From positions 1,120,001-1,184,000 of the forward strand of contig CAVOHZ010000010.1 of NCBI GenBank assembly GCA_963695855.1: DNA of 64,000 nucleotides, read 5' to 3'. Shown one piece after another: positions 21,032 through 32,010 of this stretch. The stretch is from an uncultured Nitrososphaerales archaeon. Its GTDB lineage: Archaea > Thermoproteota > Nitrososphaeria > Nitrososphaerales > Nitrososphaeraceae. Numbering within the stretch: the first letter of the stretch is position 1; each line of letters opens with the position of its first letter. Both the position numbers and the translations under genes were made by a program. The notes under the pieces were generated by a model. That model saw only the letters and a list, made by a program, of their open reading frames with translations, ran no database searches and was not told where the DNA came from.

Positions 21032-21661
21032 TCATTCATATAGATAACGATGAGCACCCATAAAATTAACCGTAGAAATCGACCACAAATTATACTCGTT
21101 TTTTAGTATGGTTAGAGCTGCATTCCTCATATGCCATCGGTATAAGATTTCCGGCTTCAGGTCCAACACATAAGATATCGCTGCCTTTATAGGATCTAAA
21201 TGGGTTACCAGCAACACATTCTGATTGTTATGCTTGTCAGAGATATCTTCCAATAAACTTCTGATCCTTGATCTAACAGATGAAAATGGTTCCACACCAT
21301 GGTCACTAAGAATGGATTCCTCGCCCATATAAAAGCTCAAGAACAAATTTCCGTATTTGCTTAAAATTTCATCGTAATCGCTACCTGCAAGTCTTCCCAA
21401 ATCAATTTCATATAACCTCTCATCAATTTGATAATCTAAATTGAGAACTTGGCTAACAATACGAGCCGTTTCAACAGTCCTAGTAACCGGACTTGTGTAA
21501 ATCTTCGAGATTGACAATTTTTTTAGATACTGAGCGGTATCTTGAGCCTGAATACGCCCTTCCTCAGTTAAATGTGATTCTAAATGTCTTCCTACTAATA
21601 TCTTCTTTACATTATTTTCTGCCAGACCATGTCTCATAAAAATCGCTAGACTCAATATCAT
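21032..21661 (-). CDS. Histidine phosphatase (phosphoglycerate mutase family)
   Basis: RHG, SPVTRT, LYEIDLG, LVTH. Confidence 0.9.
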   Translation of the reverse strand: MILSLAIFMRHGLAENNVKKILVGRHLESHLTEEGRIQAQDTAQYLKKLSISKIYTSPVTRTVETARIVSQVLNLDYQIDERLYEIDLGRLAGSDYDEILSKYGNLFLSFYMGEESILSDHGVEPFSSVRSRIRSLLEDISDKHNNQNVLLVTHLDPIKAAISYVLDLKPEILYRWHMRNAALTILKNEYNLWSISTVNFMGAHRYLYE

Positions 21662-21833
21662 CTAAAAATGATTCAATCAATAATTTATAATTATAGGACA
21701 AACGTTTATTTCACATTCTGCTTAATGTGATTATTTATTCTTACCAATAGGAATTTCTTGATTGGTACTATAAAAATTAGTTCAAAACAACATGTTTAAT
21801 ACCCATACGAGCGGAAAATACCGTTAATATAAA

Positions 21834-22508
21834 ATGAAGATTGGGATTATTGGTGGAACCGGTGGAATGGGAGAGGGTTTTGCATTAAGATGGTGTACAA
21901 AACATGATGTTATAATTGGTTCTAGAGACAAAAATAAAGCATCTGACATTGCAAATAATTACACAAAGAGGGCTAAAGAATTTTATGGCGAAGGTATGAA
22001 AGGATCGATTTCCGGTGATGATAATTTTGAACTTCCTAAATATTCAGATGTACTGTTCCTGTCTATTCCGTATGAATCAATAAATGATACATGCAGTAGG
22101 CTATCAGCACAAGTAAAAGAAAATTGTATCATAGTGTGTCCCATTGTTCCTATGGGTAGAGATGAAAAAGGGTTTACATACATATGTTTTGAGCAAGGAA
22201 AGAAATCTGCTGGAGAATTAGTTGCGGATAACTTTAAAAAAAGATCTAATATCGTTTCTGCATTCCATACAATATCTGAAGTAAAACTAAAAAAAATTGA
22301 TCAGGGTATGGACGCGGACACATTTGTGTGTGGAGATGATGAAAATAGTATATCTGTAATAAACGACCTAATCTCAGAGATATCGGGACTTAGATCTATC
22401 TACCTGGGACCGCTATCTTTGTCCTATCAGGCTGAGGCTTTAACTCCAATGTTATTAAATTCAGCAAAGAGAAACAAAATGAAAAATCCTGCAATAAAAT
22501 TGGTGTAA
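21834..22508 (+). CDS. npdG: F420-dependent NADP oxidoreductase
   Basis: IIGGTGGMGEGFALR, IIGSR, VSAFHTIS, VCGDD. Confidence 0.88.
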   Translation: MKIGIIGGTGGMGEGFALRWCTKHDVIIGSRDKNKASDIANNYTKRAKEFYGEGMKGSISGDDNFELPKYSDVLFLSIPYESINDTCSRLSAQVKENCIIVCPIVPMGRDEKGFTYICFEQGKKSAGELVADNFKKRSNIVSAFHTISEVKLKKIDQGMDADTFVCGDDENSISVINDLISEISGLRSIYLGPLSLSYQAEALTPMLLNSAKRNKMKNPAIKLV

Positions 22509-22540
22509 ATAACAAACCATTAAAAGACATCAAAAAAAGA

Positions 22541-22840
22541 ATGAGTTATAAATTTAAAAGCGGCAATGATCCCAGACGTGGAAAGAATTGGATGTCCGCC
22601 ATGGGAGTACTTTTTATAGTGATGGCTGCGGTTATCGCACTAAGAAATCTATATTTTGTGACTACTCAACTATCCTTTGAATTTTATTTAGACAATTATA
22701 CTAATGGAGAAATAACAAATGAAAAATTTGTCATAGCTATGATCATAGCAGGAGGTATTTTACTATACTGGGGATACTTTAGAAAAAAGGAAGAACATGA
22801 CCCGCCTGATGAACATGAAAGGAGAAGATTTGAAAGATAA
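22541..22840 (+). CDS. Small membrane hypothetical protein
   Basis: Two hydrophobic helices. Confidence 0.6.
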   Translation: MSYKFKSGNDPRRGKNWMSAMGVLFIVMAAVIALRNLYFVTTQLSFEFYLDNYTNGEITNEKFVIAMIIAGGILLYWGYFRKKEEHDPPDEHERRRFER

Positions 22841-23161
22841 AAATGGTCGAAAAATAAAAATATAATCTATTTTGGTCCAACATATATTCTCAAATCTGCT
22901 GATCAGCTAGACACTCCTTCCTAAAAGATTTTGTATCATCATTGAATCGTTGAATCGCTAGTTCCATCAATTGGATGTTTATGTGTCTAATTCTAGTAAA
23001 GAGATGATATACAATATTCTTTCTTTCTTTTCTTTTTTGATTATGCAAATTATTGCTATTTTTTAAAAACATAAAATAATAATAGAAGGTATAGTGTATT
23101 TTATTTTTTGTACCTCTGAAGACCTTACCCAAAATTCAAAAGCATTGAAAAAAATTGAAAG

Positions 23162-24082
23162 TCAGACTAGCGATGATTGCATTTCCCTCAGTCTGGCTAT
23201 TCTTTGTTCCAGTGGTGGATGGGTTGCAAAGAGATTAGCGATAGTACTTCCAGATATGGCAGGAATAATAAAAAATGCATTAAGACTTTGGAATCTTTGT
23301 GTCTGTTGCCGTGGAGTCCTCTTCATACTTTCACTTATCTTTGTTAATGCATTTGCAAGTACCATGGGTTTTCCTGTTATCTGTGCAGAACCTCGGTCAG
23401 CTGCAAACTCCCTGTATCGCGAGATTGCTCTGGTTATTATAAAACTGACTATCCAAGTTATTACAGATACAAGAATTATTATGATAATTGCACCTCCACC
23501 AGAAGAATTGCCTCTTGACCTAGAATAGTAACCTCCGCCATACAGAGACCCGTAAAAACCATATTGCATAAGATACCATGCAATGGTAGAAAATAGACTT
23601 GCCATGGTTAGGACGAGAACATCCCTATTTTTAATATGTGACAACTCGTGTCCTATTACCCCCTCAATTTCTTCTTCATCTAGGACATCCAAAAGTCCTG
23701 TTGTTACGGCTACTAAAGAGCTTCTGTGTCCTTTTCCAGTGGCAAATGCGTTTGGAATATTTGTATTCACTACTGCAACCTTTGGTTTTGGAAGATTGCT
23801 TCGCTGGACCAACTTCTCGACTATTCGATGAAGATCTGGATATTGTTCTTTTGTGACAACTTTTGCGCCAGAGCTCCACAGAACTATCTTGTCAGAGAAA
23901 TACCACTGAGCAAGAATCATGAGTGATATGATAGCAATCATTGGTAGAAAACCTACACCCAGGTATGCCAATACAGTCAAAAAAATGATATATAATATAG
24001 AAAGAGCAAAAAAACATATGACTATTCTAAAAGTTAATCCACTATCTTTCTTGTAATGAAAAAATTTATTTTCTGGTTCCAA
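23162..24082 (-). CDS. htpX: Zinc metalloprotease HtpX
   Basis: PNAFATG, HELSH, SRYREFAAD, THPPLEQRI. Confidence 0.95.
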   Translation of the reverse strand: MEPENKFFHYKKDSGLTFRIVICFFALSILYIIFLTVLAYLGVGFLPMIAIISLMILAQWYFSDKIVLWSSGAKVVTKEQYPDLHRIVEKLVQRSNLPKPKVAVVNTNIPNAFATGKGHRSSLVAVTTGLLDVLDEEEIEGVIGHELSHIKNRDVLVLTMASLFSTIAWYLMQYGFYGSLYGGGYYSRSRGNSSGGGAIIIIILVSVITWIVSFIITRAISRYREFAADRGSAQITGKPMVLANALTKISESMKRTPRQQTQRFQSLNAFFIIPAISGSTIANLFATHPPLEQRIARLREMQSSLV

Positions 24083-24124
24083 AAATATTTCTATCCAAAT
24101 AATTATGGAGTGAACAGGCTCTTA

Positions 24125-25312
24125 TTAGTTATGTTTTGACGATATGAACCCTTCTAGTCTGTTCATTGCTTCCTCCAGTATATCTTCTGTGGCAAGATAA
24201 ACAATTCTAAAGTTTTTGGATCCGAAACTGGAGCCAAACCCTGATCCATGTACCATCAGTACACCAGTGTTGTTTAGGAGTGAGACGACGAAGTCCAGAT
24301 CGTTAGTCCAACGTGTGTTCATTTCAAATTTCGGAAATACGTAGAATGCACCACTAGGAAGGTTACATGATATTCCTGGCATAGAGTTGAGACGTTTTAC
24401 TATGAAATCTCTTCTATTCCTGAGTTTCTTGACCATTTCCTGAATGTGGTCCTGTGGTCCCCGTAAGGCTTCAACTGCAGCCTTTTGAACTGGAAGATTT
24501 GATGCAATTCTCACCCTTGCAAGTTTTGGGACATTTTTGCGAAAGTCATCAAGTTTTGCACAGTTACTGTTTATACACATGTATCCACATCTCCAGCCGG
24601 TCATCAGGTACACTTTGGAGAATCCGTTGAGTAGGATAACAGGTAAGTCCTTTGTTACCTTTCCAATGCTGGTAAATGTATCGTCAAAGACAATCTTATC
24701 GTAAATTTCATCACAAATAATATAGAGGTCGTGCTGGCAAGCAATATCCACTATATCTTTCAAGCCTTTCTGAGTGAATATCTCACCTGTTGGATTATTG
24801 GGGTTAATCAGACATATAGAAGTGGTTCTGTCTGTTATCTTTGATTTTAAATCGTCGAGATCCGGAGTGCCGTCTTGATTGATTTTGAATTCCACAGGTT
24901 TTCCCCCATAGAACTTTGCGTATGATGCATAGGGTGGATAGTACGGTCCGGGCATCAGAACTTGGTCGTTTGGATTTACTACTGAAGCCATAGTCATATC
25001 CAATGCCTCAGATACACCGTTTGTTACCAAGACATCATTTTCATTTATAGGAAATCCTTTGCCACTTTCTTTTTCTACAATTGCCTCCCTGAGCTCTGGC
25101 AGACCTTCAGAATCGGTATAATAATTTTCATCTTCCCTGACTGCTTTTATTAGCGCGGCCTTGATATGTTCAGGAGTTTTAAAGTCGTATTTTACCGGGT
25201 CTCCGATATTTAGGTAAATGATATCTTTTCCTGTCTTTTCATATTCCCTTGCATGGCTGATGATATCCCTGATAGCATATTCTACTCCTGCTGTTCTGTC
25301 AGAAACTTTCAA
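24125..25312 (-). CDS. PLP-dependent class I/II aminotransferase (alanine/aspartate type)
   Basis: NIGDP, NPNNPTG, DEIY, FSKVYLMTGWRCG. Confidence 0.92.
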   Translation of the reverse strand: MKVSDRTAGVEYAIRDIISHAREYEKTGKDIIYLNIGDPVKYDFKTPEHIKAALIKAVREDENYYTDSEGLPELREAIVEKESGKGFPINENDVLVTNGVSEALDMTMASVVNPNDQVLMPGPYYPPYASYAKFYGGKPVEFKINQDGTPDLDDLKSKITDRTTSICLINPNNPTGEIFTQKGLKDIVDIACQHDLYIICDEIYDKIVFDDTFTSIGKVTKDLPVILLNGFSKVYLMTGWRCGYMCINSNCAKLDDFRKNVPKLARVRIASNLPVQKAAVEALRGPQDHIQEMVKKLRNRRDFIVKRLNSMPGISCNLPSGAFYVFPKFEMNTRWTNDLDFVVSLLNNTGVLMVHGSGFGSSFGSKNFRIVYLATEDILEEAMNRLEGFISSKHN

Positions 25313-26024
25313 TTGATAATACAGATATCGTAAAGAAATTACCTACATAAAGTATTCCTTTGACAGTTTTTAGTATTAATAATAAAATATTGTTTGTATT
25401 CTAAATGGTTTTTTTGTTTTTGTTTCTGTTCATTTTGGGAGAGTCGGTATCAAATCGTCAATGAGATTAAGAAAAAAAATTCACATAAAAATCAATAATC
25501 AATGTAGAACATGAAAACTGGCCAATAAATAAAAGATCTAAAGAAATGAAAGAAGAAATACAGGTATATTGTGTGTTGGGAGTAGAATCTATATTTTTTC
25601 TGTAGTAGATATTTCGAGAATATTTTAAATCTAAGATTGCAATAATATACTTTATGAATTTCTAACAATTCATAACTCAACAAAGATCTTGATGAAAGTA
25701 ATCGTAATCTGACATGAGCATACAACAGGTAACATGTATATTCAATTTATTCAACCCATAAATATAAAAAAAATAAAAAAGACATAAGGAATTTGTCTCT
25801 CACTGAATAACATATTTAGTGAGCTGATTTCCTGCTTTTATCTTTTCTTTTAATTTGTTCTTTTGTACACTTTTAATTAATCTTTTTAGATGCTGCTAAT
25901 TCTCTGTATAGTTTGTATTTAATGTATACATTGCATTAAATTATATATTTCTAAAAATGTAAATAATCTTGAAGGTTATGCTTTTCTCAAGTTGAACAGA
26001 TAGTAAAAACAATAAGGAAGAGAA

Positions 26025-26990
26025 TTAGAGGAAGGTTTCCGTATTATGTGATTGATAAAGATCAGATATAGCTTTATTTGAATACACCTGTCTGAATTTT
26101 TCAGCAAAAGCTTGAAGTAAGCTCATACAATTTAAGAAGATATAATCTTGTTTTAATTTTAAATCTTCTTTGATATTATCATCCTTGAATGTTTGATAAT
26201 AATTATGTAAAATTTGACTGAGAAAAGGATTTTTTCTAAATGCTTCAAAAAAAGCAAGAATGATCAACAGGATATTTGACACTTCTGTTGACATATTTTT
26301 CTTAAGATCTTCAAAAAGTTTATTTTCAAATTGTTTAAAATTATCTTCATTTTTTATATCATGCGTCATTTGTTTTAGATTTGATAGTTCCGATCTGGTT
26401 TCATAAACTTCCTTTTTTGTTTGATCTCTAATTTGACACCATTTATAAACATCTGATTGGGCGATTTGTATATGACCATGTAGAGGGTTTATAGTTTCAA
26501 TCATTTTTTGTATTTGATTTTCTTTATCTCTTTTTTTGTATTCCAGCGTCTCGACATATGAATCCAGTTCCGATATTTTCGTTCGATTATCAAGTATATA
26601 CTTTATCGTTTTATTATCAATTCCTTGAGATTTACAAAATTTGTAAAAATCTAAGTAAATTCGAGTATCTCCTGATTCTACTATTTCTGATAATTCAGAT
26701 AGATCTTTGAGTATTAAAAAATGAGAATATAATATTACTGTCTCCTGTGGATCCATCTCTAATTCAATGCATACATCTAATGGTTTTTTACCTTGTGAAA
26801 ATAATTTAAGAGCTTGAGCATTTTTGCTTAATTTTTTATTCTTTTCATTGTATGGTTCTTCAAAAGTTCTTCTTTTGATTGCTCCAATTTCTGAAAAGGA
26901 CATGTGTACCTCTTTTGCAATCTCCCGATTTGTCTTACCTTGAAGAAGAAGCGTCACAACTAGCGCTTCTTTTTGGATTTTATTTAACAT
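26025..26990 (-). CDS. HTH plus coiled-coil hypothetical protein
   Basis: QGKTNREIAKEVHMSFSEIGAI and QGKKPLDVCIEL HTH-like repeats, then coiled coil. Confidence 0.7.
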   Translation of the reverse strand: MLNKIQKEALVVTLLLQGKTNREIAKEVHMSFSEIGAIKRRTFEEPYNEKNKKLSKNAQALKLFSQGKKPLDVCIELEMDPQETVILYSHFLILKDLSELSEIVESGDTRIYLDFYKFCKSQGIDNKTIKYILDNRTKISELDSYVETLEYKKRDKENQIQKMIETINPLHGHIQIAQSDVYKWCQIRDQTKKEVYETRSELSNLKQMTHDIKNEDNFKQFENKLFEDLKKNMSTEVSNILLIILAFFEAFRKNPFLSQILHNYYQTFKDDNIKEDLKLKQDYIFLNCMSLLQAFAEKFRQVYSNKAISDLYQSHNTETFL

Positions 26991-27055
26991 TTCAATATTA
27001 TTATTGTTATGAAATACTTTTAAAATTTACAGTCGACACCAAAAGAAATTACTGA

Positions 27056-27100
27056 TGTTACTATTGATACCAGCTTGTTACTACTGTTACCTCCTGTTAC
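27056..27100. promoter_or_regulatory. Helically phased TGTTAC repeats
   Basis: TGTTAC at 27056, 27076, 27085, 27095 and TGATAC at 27065. Confidence 0.45.
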
Positions 27101-27351
27101 AATTTATTTTGAATTACACAGGATTTTGATATCTATATAAAAAATATTATCCATTCAAGATCTTTATCATCACTATCTAGATTATTGTTGGTTTGGCCAT
27201 TTTATAATCAAGATGTTAATGATAGGAGATTATTTTTGTGTTTAAGATGAAGGCTCATGTAAAGAAGTAGATTATTTACATAATTCTATATGAATAAATA
27301 AACATGAAAGAACGACTTAGTTTAATTAACAGATATTTTTAGTAAAATCAG

Positions 27352-27426
27352 GGGCTCGTAGCGTAGTCAGGACATCGCGGCGGTCTTCGGAACCGCAGGT
27401 CGTGGGATCGAAGCCCTCCGAGCCCG
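27352..27426 (+). tRNA. tRNA-Arg(TCG)
   Basis: Acceptor GGGCTCG/CGAGCCC, anticodon arm GCGGT-CTTCGGA-ACCGC, T arm GTGGG-ATCGAAG-CCCTC; no encoded CCA. Confidence 0.93.
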
Positions 27427-27484
27427 TCAACCAATTGGGCTCATATACTATAGATACTAGAAATGCACAGGAGTCCTCAGAAAG

Positions 27485-28795
27485 ATGCCTACGAAGTTAG
27501 CAAATATTCTTAAAAAAGTAAATGCGCTTGCAAACAGAAAGAATGCTACTTTGCTGATTGAATTTTATGAATATTTGGTATCTGTGCGAACTTCTGAAAG
27601 GTATCAAAACGATGTTTTGAAGGTTCTAATCAAGTTCTCTGAGTTTGTAGATTGCGATCTCATTCGCATTCAGAAAAGAGAGCAGATATTGGCCTTTCTT
27701 AATACAAAGAGAAAGGGAAAGGAAGATGATCCTGATGAGAGATGGATCACTACATGGAATGATTATCTTTGGCGATTAAAATATTTCTTTAGATGGCTAC
27801 ACAATTACAAAAATAATGAAAACAGTGAAAATATCGCCTTCCTTGAACCTTCAAACTGGATAACTCCGCCTTTTGCGGAAATAAAGAAGATTAAAACAAA
27901 GAGAATAAGTCCATATCTTGAAAATGAGTTATGGGAAAAGGATGAGATCCTTGCTATTGTAAAATATGAACCATATATCCGCAACAAAGCAGCAATAATG
28001 CTAATGTGGGATCTGAATGCCAGACCTCATGAGATAACTCTCCTTAAAATCAAGCATATACGATTGAAAGAAAAATATGGTGAAGGTGAAATCCCATATC
28101 AAGCAAAAACAGGTGGTGGACCAAGTTTATTAACAGCAAGTTTTCCCTATGTAAGAGACTGGTTAAATGAACATCCTTATAGAAATGAACCAAATGCTAG
28201 ATTGATCTGTAATTTGCTAAATGGCGGTCAGATAAATGCAGATGCAATATGGACAATGATGAAACAATTGAGAAAAAGGATTATGAGATTGCTAGAAAAC
28301 GATTCAGTTGAACAGGAAGAAAAGGAATTACTAGAATACTTGATCAAAAGCAAAAGATGGAATCCATACTGTTTAAGACATTCCTCTATAACTGCTGATT
28401 CTGATTATCTTCCAGAATACGCTTTGAAGAAAAAAGTAAGATGGTCTATGAACTCTAAACAGGGATCGAGATACATAAAAGGACGTATGGGATCAGAATT
28501 AAAGGCACAGATCCTTGCAAGAAACGGGATAATATCTGAAAATGAAATTAAACAAAAGCCATCAGTGCGCCTATGTTTTAGGTGTGATTTTGTAAATGCT
28601 ATTGAGAACAAATACTGTTCAAAATGCAGTTATCCATTAACTATACAAGCATACGAAGATATAAAAAATAATGAAGACAAAAGACTGGAAATACTTGAAG
28701 AGCAATTTCAAAATCTCAATGAAGCATACACGGAAATACTTGAATGTTTAAAGCATCCTGAAAAACTGTTGGAGATAGTAACAGAGGAAAAATAG
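27485..28795 (+). CDS. Tyrosine recombinase/integrase with C-terminal Zn ribbon
   Basis: NARPHEI (R), AKTG (K), YCLRHS (R), SRYI (Y), CFRC...CSKC; directly downstream of tRNA. Confidence 0.92.
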   Translation: MPTKLANILKKVNALANRKNATLLIEFYEYLVSVRTSERYQNDVLKVLIKFSEFVDCDLIRIQKREQILAFLNTKRKGKEDDPDERWITTWNDYLWRLKYFFRWLHNYKNNENSENIAFLEPSNWITPPFAEIKKIKTKRISPYLENELWEKDEILAIVKYEPYIRNKAAIMLMWDLNARPHEITLLKIKHIRLKEKYGEGEIPYQAKTGGGPSLLTASFPYVRDWLNEHPYRNEPNARLICNLLNGGQINADAIWTMMKQLRKRIMRLLENDSVEQEEKELLEYLIKSKRWNPYCLRHSSITADSDYLPEYALKKKVRWSMNSKQGSRYIKGRMGSELKAQILARNGIISENEIKQKPSVRLCFRCDFVNAIENKYCSKCSYPLTIQAYEDIKNNEDKRLEILEEQFQNLNEAYTEILECLKHPEKLLEIVTEEK

Positions 28796-29074
28796 GCTAG
28801 CAATTGATCTAATCCAAATCACAAACGAAAAATGAATAGACCAAACGTCTGAAAGACGTTTAGGTATTTTGATAATAATGAAGAATGGTTTTTGGACAGT
28901 CATATTTTTGGGAATGAGAATAGAAAATTTAACGCCTAAGTGGCGTTTTGTCTTTCATTATTCCCAACATACCTAGAATTTAACGATACTCTTAATGGAT
29001 TTTCAAACGTTTCGTATTTTTCATGATTCAGATGACTATCATACAATAATCATCTTAAATAATTTCTGTTAACC

Positions 29075-29236
29075 ATGCCTATGAAATATAAAAAATTAAT
29101 TAATATCTCAATCTCCTATGAGAACTACAATACTCTCAGAAGACTAGGAAACACGGGTGATTCATTCAATGATGTTCTATCTAGAATATGGAAAAAAGGA
29201 GAGAATAACGGATGTCTAAGGAAGAAATTAGAATAA
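29075..29236 (+). CDS. Small ribbon-helix-helix/antitoxin-like DNA-binding protein (not in ORF track)
   Basis: Hand translation MPMKYKKLINISISYENYNTLRRLGNTGDSFNDVLSRIWKK..., 53 aa. Confidence 0.7.
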   Translation: MPMKYKKLINISISYENYNTLRRLGNTGDSFNDVLSRIWKKGENNGCLRKKLE

Positions 29237-29415
29237 ATGCTTTACCAAAACCGGTTAAAAGACTTTGGAAAATTAGTTCGATATGTCTTGTATCAATTGA
29301 CGCATCAATAGTAGAGAAACTTGGTTTAAGCGAAGATAATACGCTTTTTGAGCAAGAAATAACAGATGAGGGGATTCTTATGAGAATAAAACATGTTGAG
29401 GGCTATTTGAAATGA
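29212..29415 (+). CDS. Small AbrB-like DNA-binding protein
   Basis: CLVSIDASIVEKLGL...EGILMRI swapped-hairpin pattern. Confidence 0.55.
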   Translation: MSKEEIRINALPKPVKRLWKISSICLVSIDASIVEKLGLSEDNTLFEQEITDEGILMRIKHVEGYLK

Positions 29416-29876
29416 GTTTACAAGATAATATCTTTCAAGTTCGATATACTCAATCTGGTTTAATAGACAAAATAAAAAAAGAACTTGCCATCGTAAAATT
29501 TGATGTCGAGAAATACAACAAAGAGATTGAAAAAAACAAGAAAAACAGACCTTCGAATTGGTGCTATTATGATTACAATCTAGAACTAGAATTTTCAGAA
29601 AACCCTAAAATTTCATTTGATATTGATGATAGATGGTATTATTACAAAGCCTATCATTATCAGAAACTTGGATTATTCTTACGCAAAGATATTCCTCCAT
29701 TCAAAGTGAATCTTTTACATCTATCTCCAGATATGATTTATGAATTAATTCAACTTGATAAAAGCGACAGAAGATTTTTTTTAAAGCAGGCAGTTAGTCG
29801 TATATTTGAAGACATTAATTTTGATCTTTACCATGATTCGATTTCTTTAAATTTGGAGATAATACTTGTAAAATGA
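29412..29876 (+). CDS. Hypothetical protein
   Basis: 154-aa ORF with ATGA overlap to the upstream gene. Confidence 0.6.
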   Translation: MSLQDNIFQVRYTQSGLIDKIKKELAIVKFDVEKYNKEIEKNKKNRPSNWCYYDYNLELEFSENPKISFDIDDRWYYYKAYHYQKLGLFLRKDIPPFKVNLLHLSPDMIYELIQLDKSDRRFFLKQAVSRIFEDINFDLYHDSISLNLEIILVK

Positions 29877-30018
29877 CCTGCAATTTAGACCACCAGAATT
29901 CCGATTTACTGCTCAGAACATACTTGCTTATTGAATGAGTGAAGCAACAATTTTGGTTAAAATAAAAACTTTATCAAAAAAGAATATTTATTAATATTCT
30001 GATTCAATTTTTGTTCAA

Positions 30019-31744
30019 ATGTCCTTAAATAATCCTATAATCTTCTTTATGGGTGCTGGAGCATCGGTTCCGGCAGGATTAAGAACGGTCGTACCAACTA
30101 ACCGATTATTTTAAACAGTATTGGTTAATACAAAAAAATCCGAATCAAAATTACTTAGGTATCGTTGACAAAGTAATCGAAAAAATTAAAGATTTTAGAA
30201 ATAACGATACCAATCAAATAACAGAAAACGCAGATAATTACTGTGTAGATATAGAGACATTATTAGAAACTGTCGAAAGACTAGAGGATTATAATAGAGA
30301 TATAATTTCAGTATTTGTCAATAAAGGTACTCTAATTTTTAATGAAGATCAAATTAAAATATTAAAAAATAAAGAATTGTCGAAGGAAATAAAGAAGTTT
30401 ATTAAAACCACATTTATAGATGATATGAAAGGTATAGATTATTTATATCCTTTAACATTGTTTACGGATGTTAAACCTTTAAACATATTTTCTACAAATT
30501 ATGACCTAACTATTGAAAGATTATGCTTCTTAAAAAACATAGGTTATACCGATGGATTCGATCCATATTGGAATAAGGATTTATTTCTAGAGTCAGGGAA
30601 AAATAAGGAGGTCAATATATTAAAATTACATGGATCAGTAAATTGGTATAGAACCGAATTAGGAGATTACTTTAGTATACCAATTCAATCTAAAGATATG
30701 GATATACAATTTGTATCTGGTGAAAAGGGAATTCCTCTTATTCTTTATCCAGGTACTAAACTACGGTATATTGAACCAGTACTAGAAATACTGACAATTC
30801 TAAGAGAAAGTCTTTTAAAGGCAAAATCTTGTTTTGTGGTAGGTTATTCATTTAAGGATGATCATATTACAAAATTATTCAAATATGCTGCACGAATAAA
30901 CAGGAATCTAATTTTATTTTTCATTTCGCCATCTGCTCATGAAATCTATTATGAGAAACTAAAAAGACACACAGATGAAGAATTTATACATGGATTTACA
31001 CATGAAGGATTTTCACCAAGGTTCAATATTGACCGTCCTTCTGAACTAGAAGGACGAGTAATATGTCTACCTTACAGATTCCAAAAAATATTCCCCAAAT
31101 TAAAAAAATATTATGAGAACTTACAGATTGGATTAAATTTAGAAAGTATAATTTATGATAAAAAGGAATCAGGAAAATTTTTTGAATTGAATGAATTATA
31201 TAATCTTGATAGTTCAAAAGAAAATTCTCCTTTAGATGAATCTTCAGAATATATAACAGTAGTAGATTGTTTAAGGTTTTTCATGGAATGCGAATATTTC
31301 GAAAAATGCCAGAAAATTATAGATGATTGCGGCGGTTGGAATGAAATTATGATTAAAGACCCAAAGATTACTCTCGAGTTACTTTTAAAATTTACACTTA
31401 ACTATAAGCATTATTCGAATCACAAATATTTTGATATATTAAAGGATTATTTAGAATTGAGAAATGAGAAACTAACTTTTGATATAAAACCAGATTCTAT
31501 AGTAACATATTTTAACATTAATTATAAAGGCAGACCAATAATAGGGTCTGGTTCTTATGATTTATTTTCATCACTTTTAGAAATAATTCACAAATCTCTT
31601 GAAATTTCCAGTGAAAATACTTTGGAAATTGAAGGAATGATTAACAATTGGAGAAAAATTTTCAGAAAATGGGAAAATTCTTCTATTAATATTTTTGAGT
31701 ACATGAAAAATTATATTCCAGAAGAATATTCAAGAACATTTTAA
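30019..31744 (+). pseudogene. SIR2-like (SIR2_2) NADase, frameshifted near the 5' end
   Basis: 30019 MSLNNPIIFFMGAGASVPAGL; DIETLLETVERL near 30250; ORF 30377-31744 has STNYD, KLHGSVNW, VGYSFKDDHI. Confidence 0.8.
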
Positions 31745-32010
31745 TTCTCTGTTAACAGATAAGAAGTTACGATGAAGTAAAAAAGTTGATTGGTAGAAAT
31801 GAAATAATTAATTTTTAAAAATAATAATTAGAAAGTATATGAATGTTAAGAATTTATTTGCTCTATTGTTTTATAACATTTTACGAATCAATCAAAGTAT
31901 CGGGCTCAATTCTGTCCCTCTGGTGGGAATCGTCCACTATCAGAATCTTTACATCTACTATGCAATAAAAATAAGCGTATTTGAAATCAACAAAACCTTA
32001 ATATATTATG

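Noticed and set aside
14443-21038. Microsatellites (TTTTA)n near 14445, (ATT)n near 17113, (ATTC)n near 21018
   Set aside because: Short low-complexity tracts at gene ends, expected in AT-rich DNA
27485-28795. Classical integron integrase IntI
   Set aside because: Looks like a tRNA-targeting thaumarchaeal integrase with a Zn ribbon; no canonical GTTRRRY attC series noticed (IntegronFinder would settle it)
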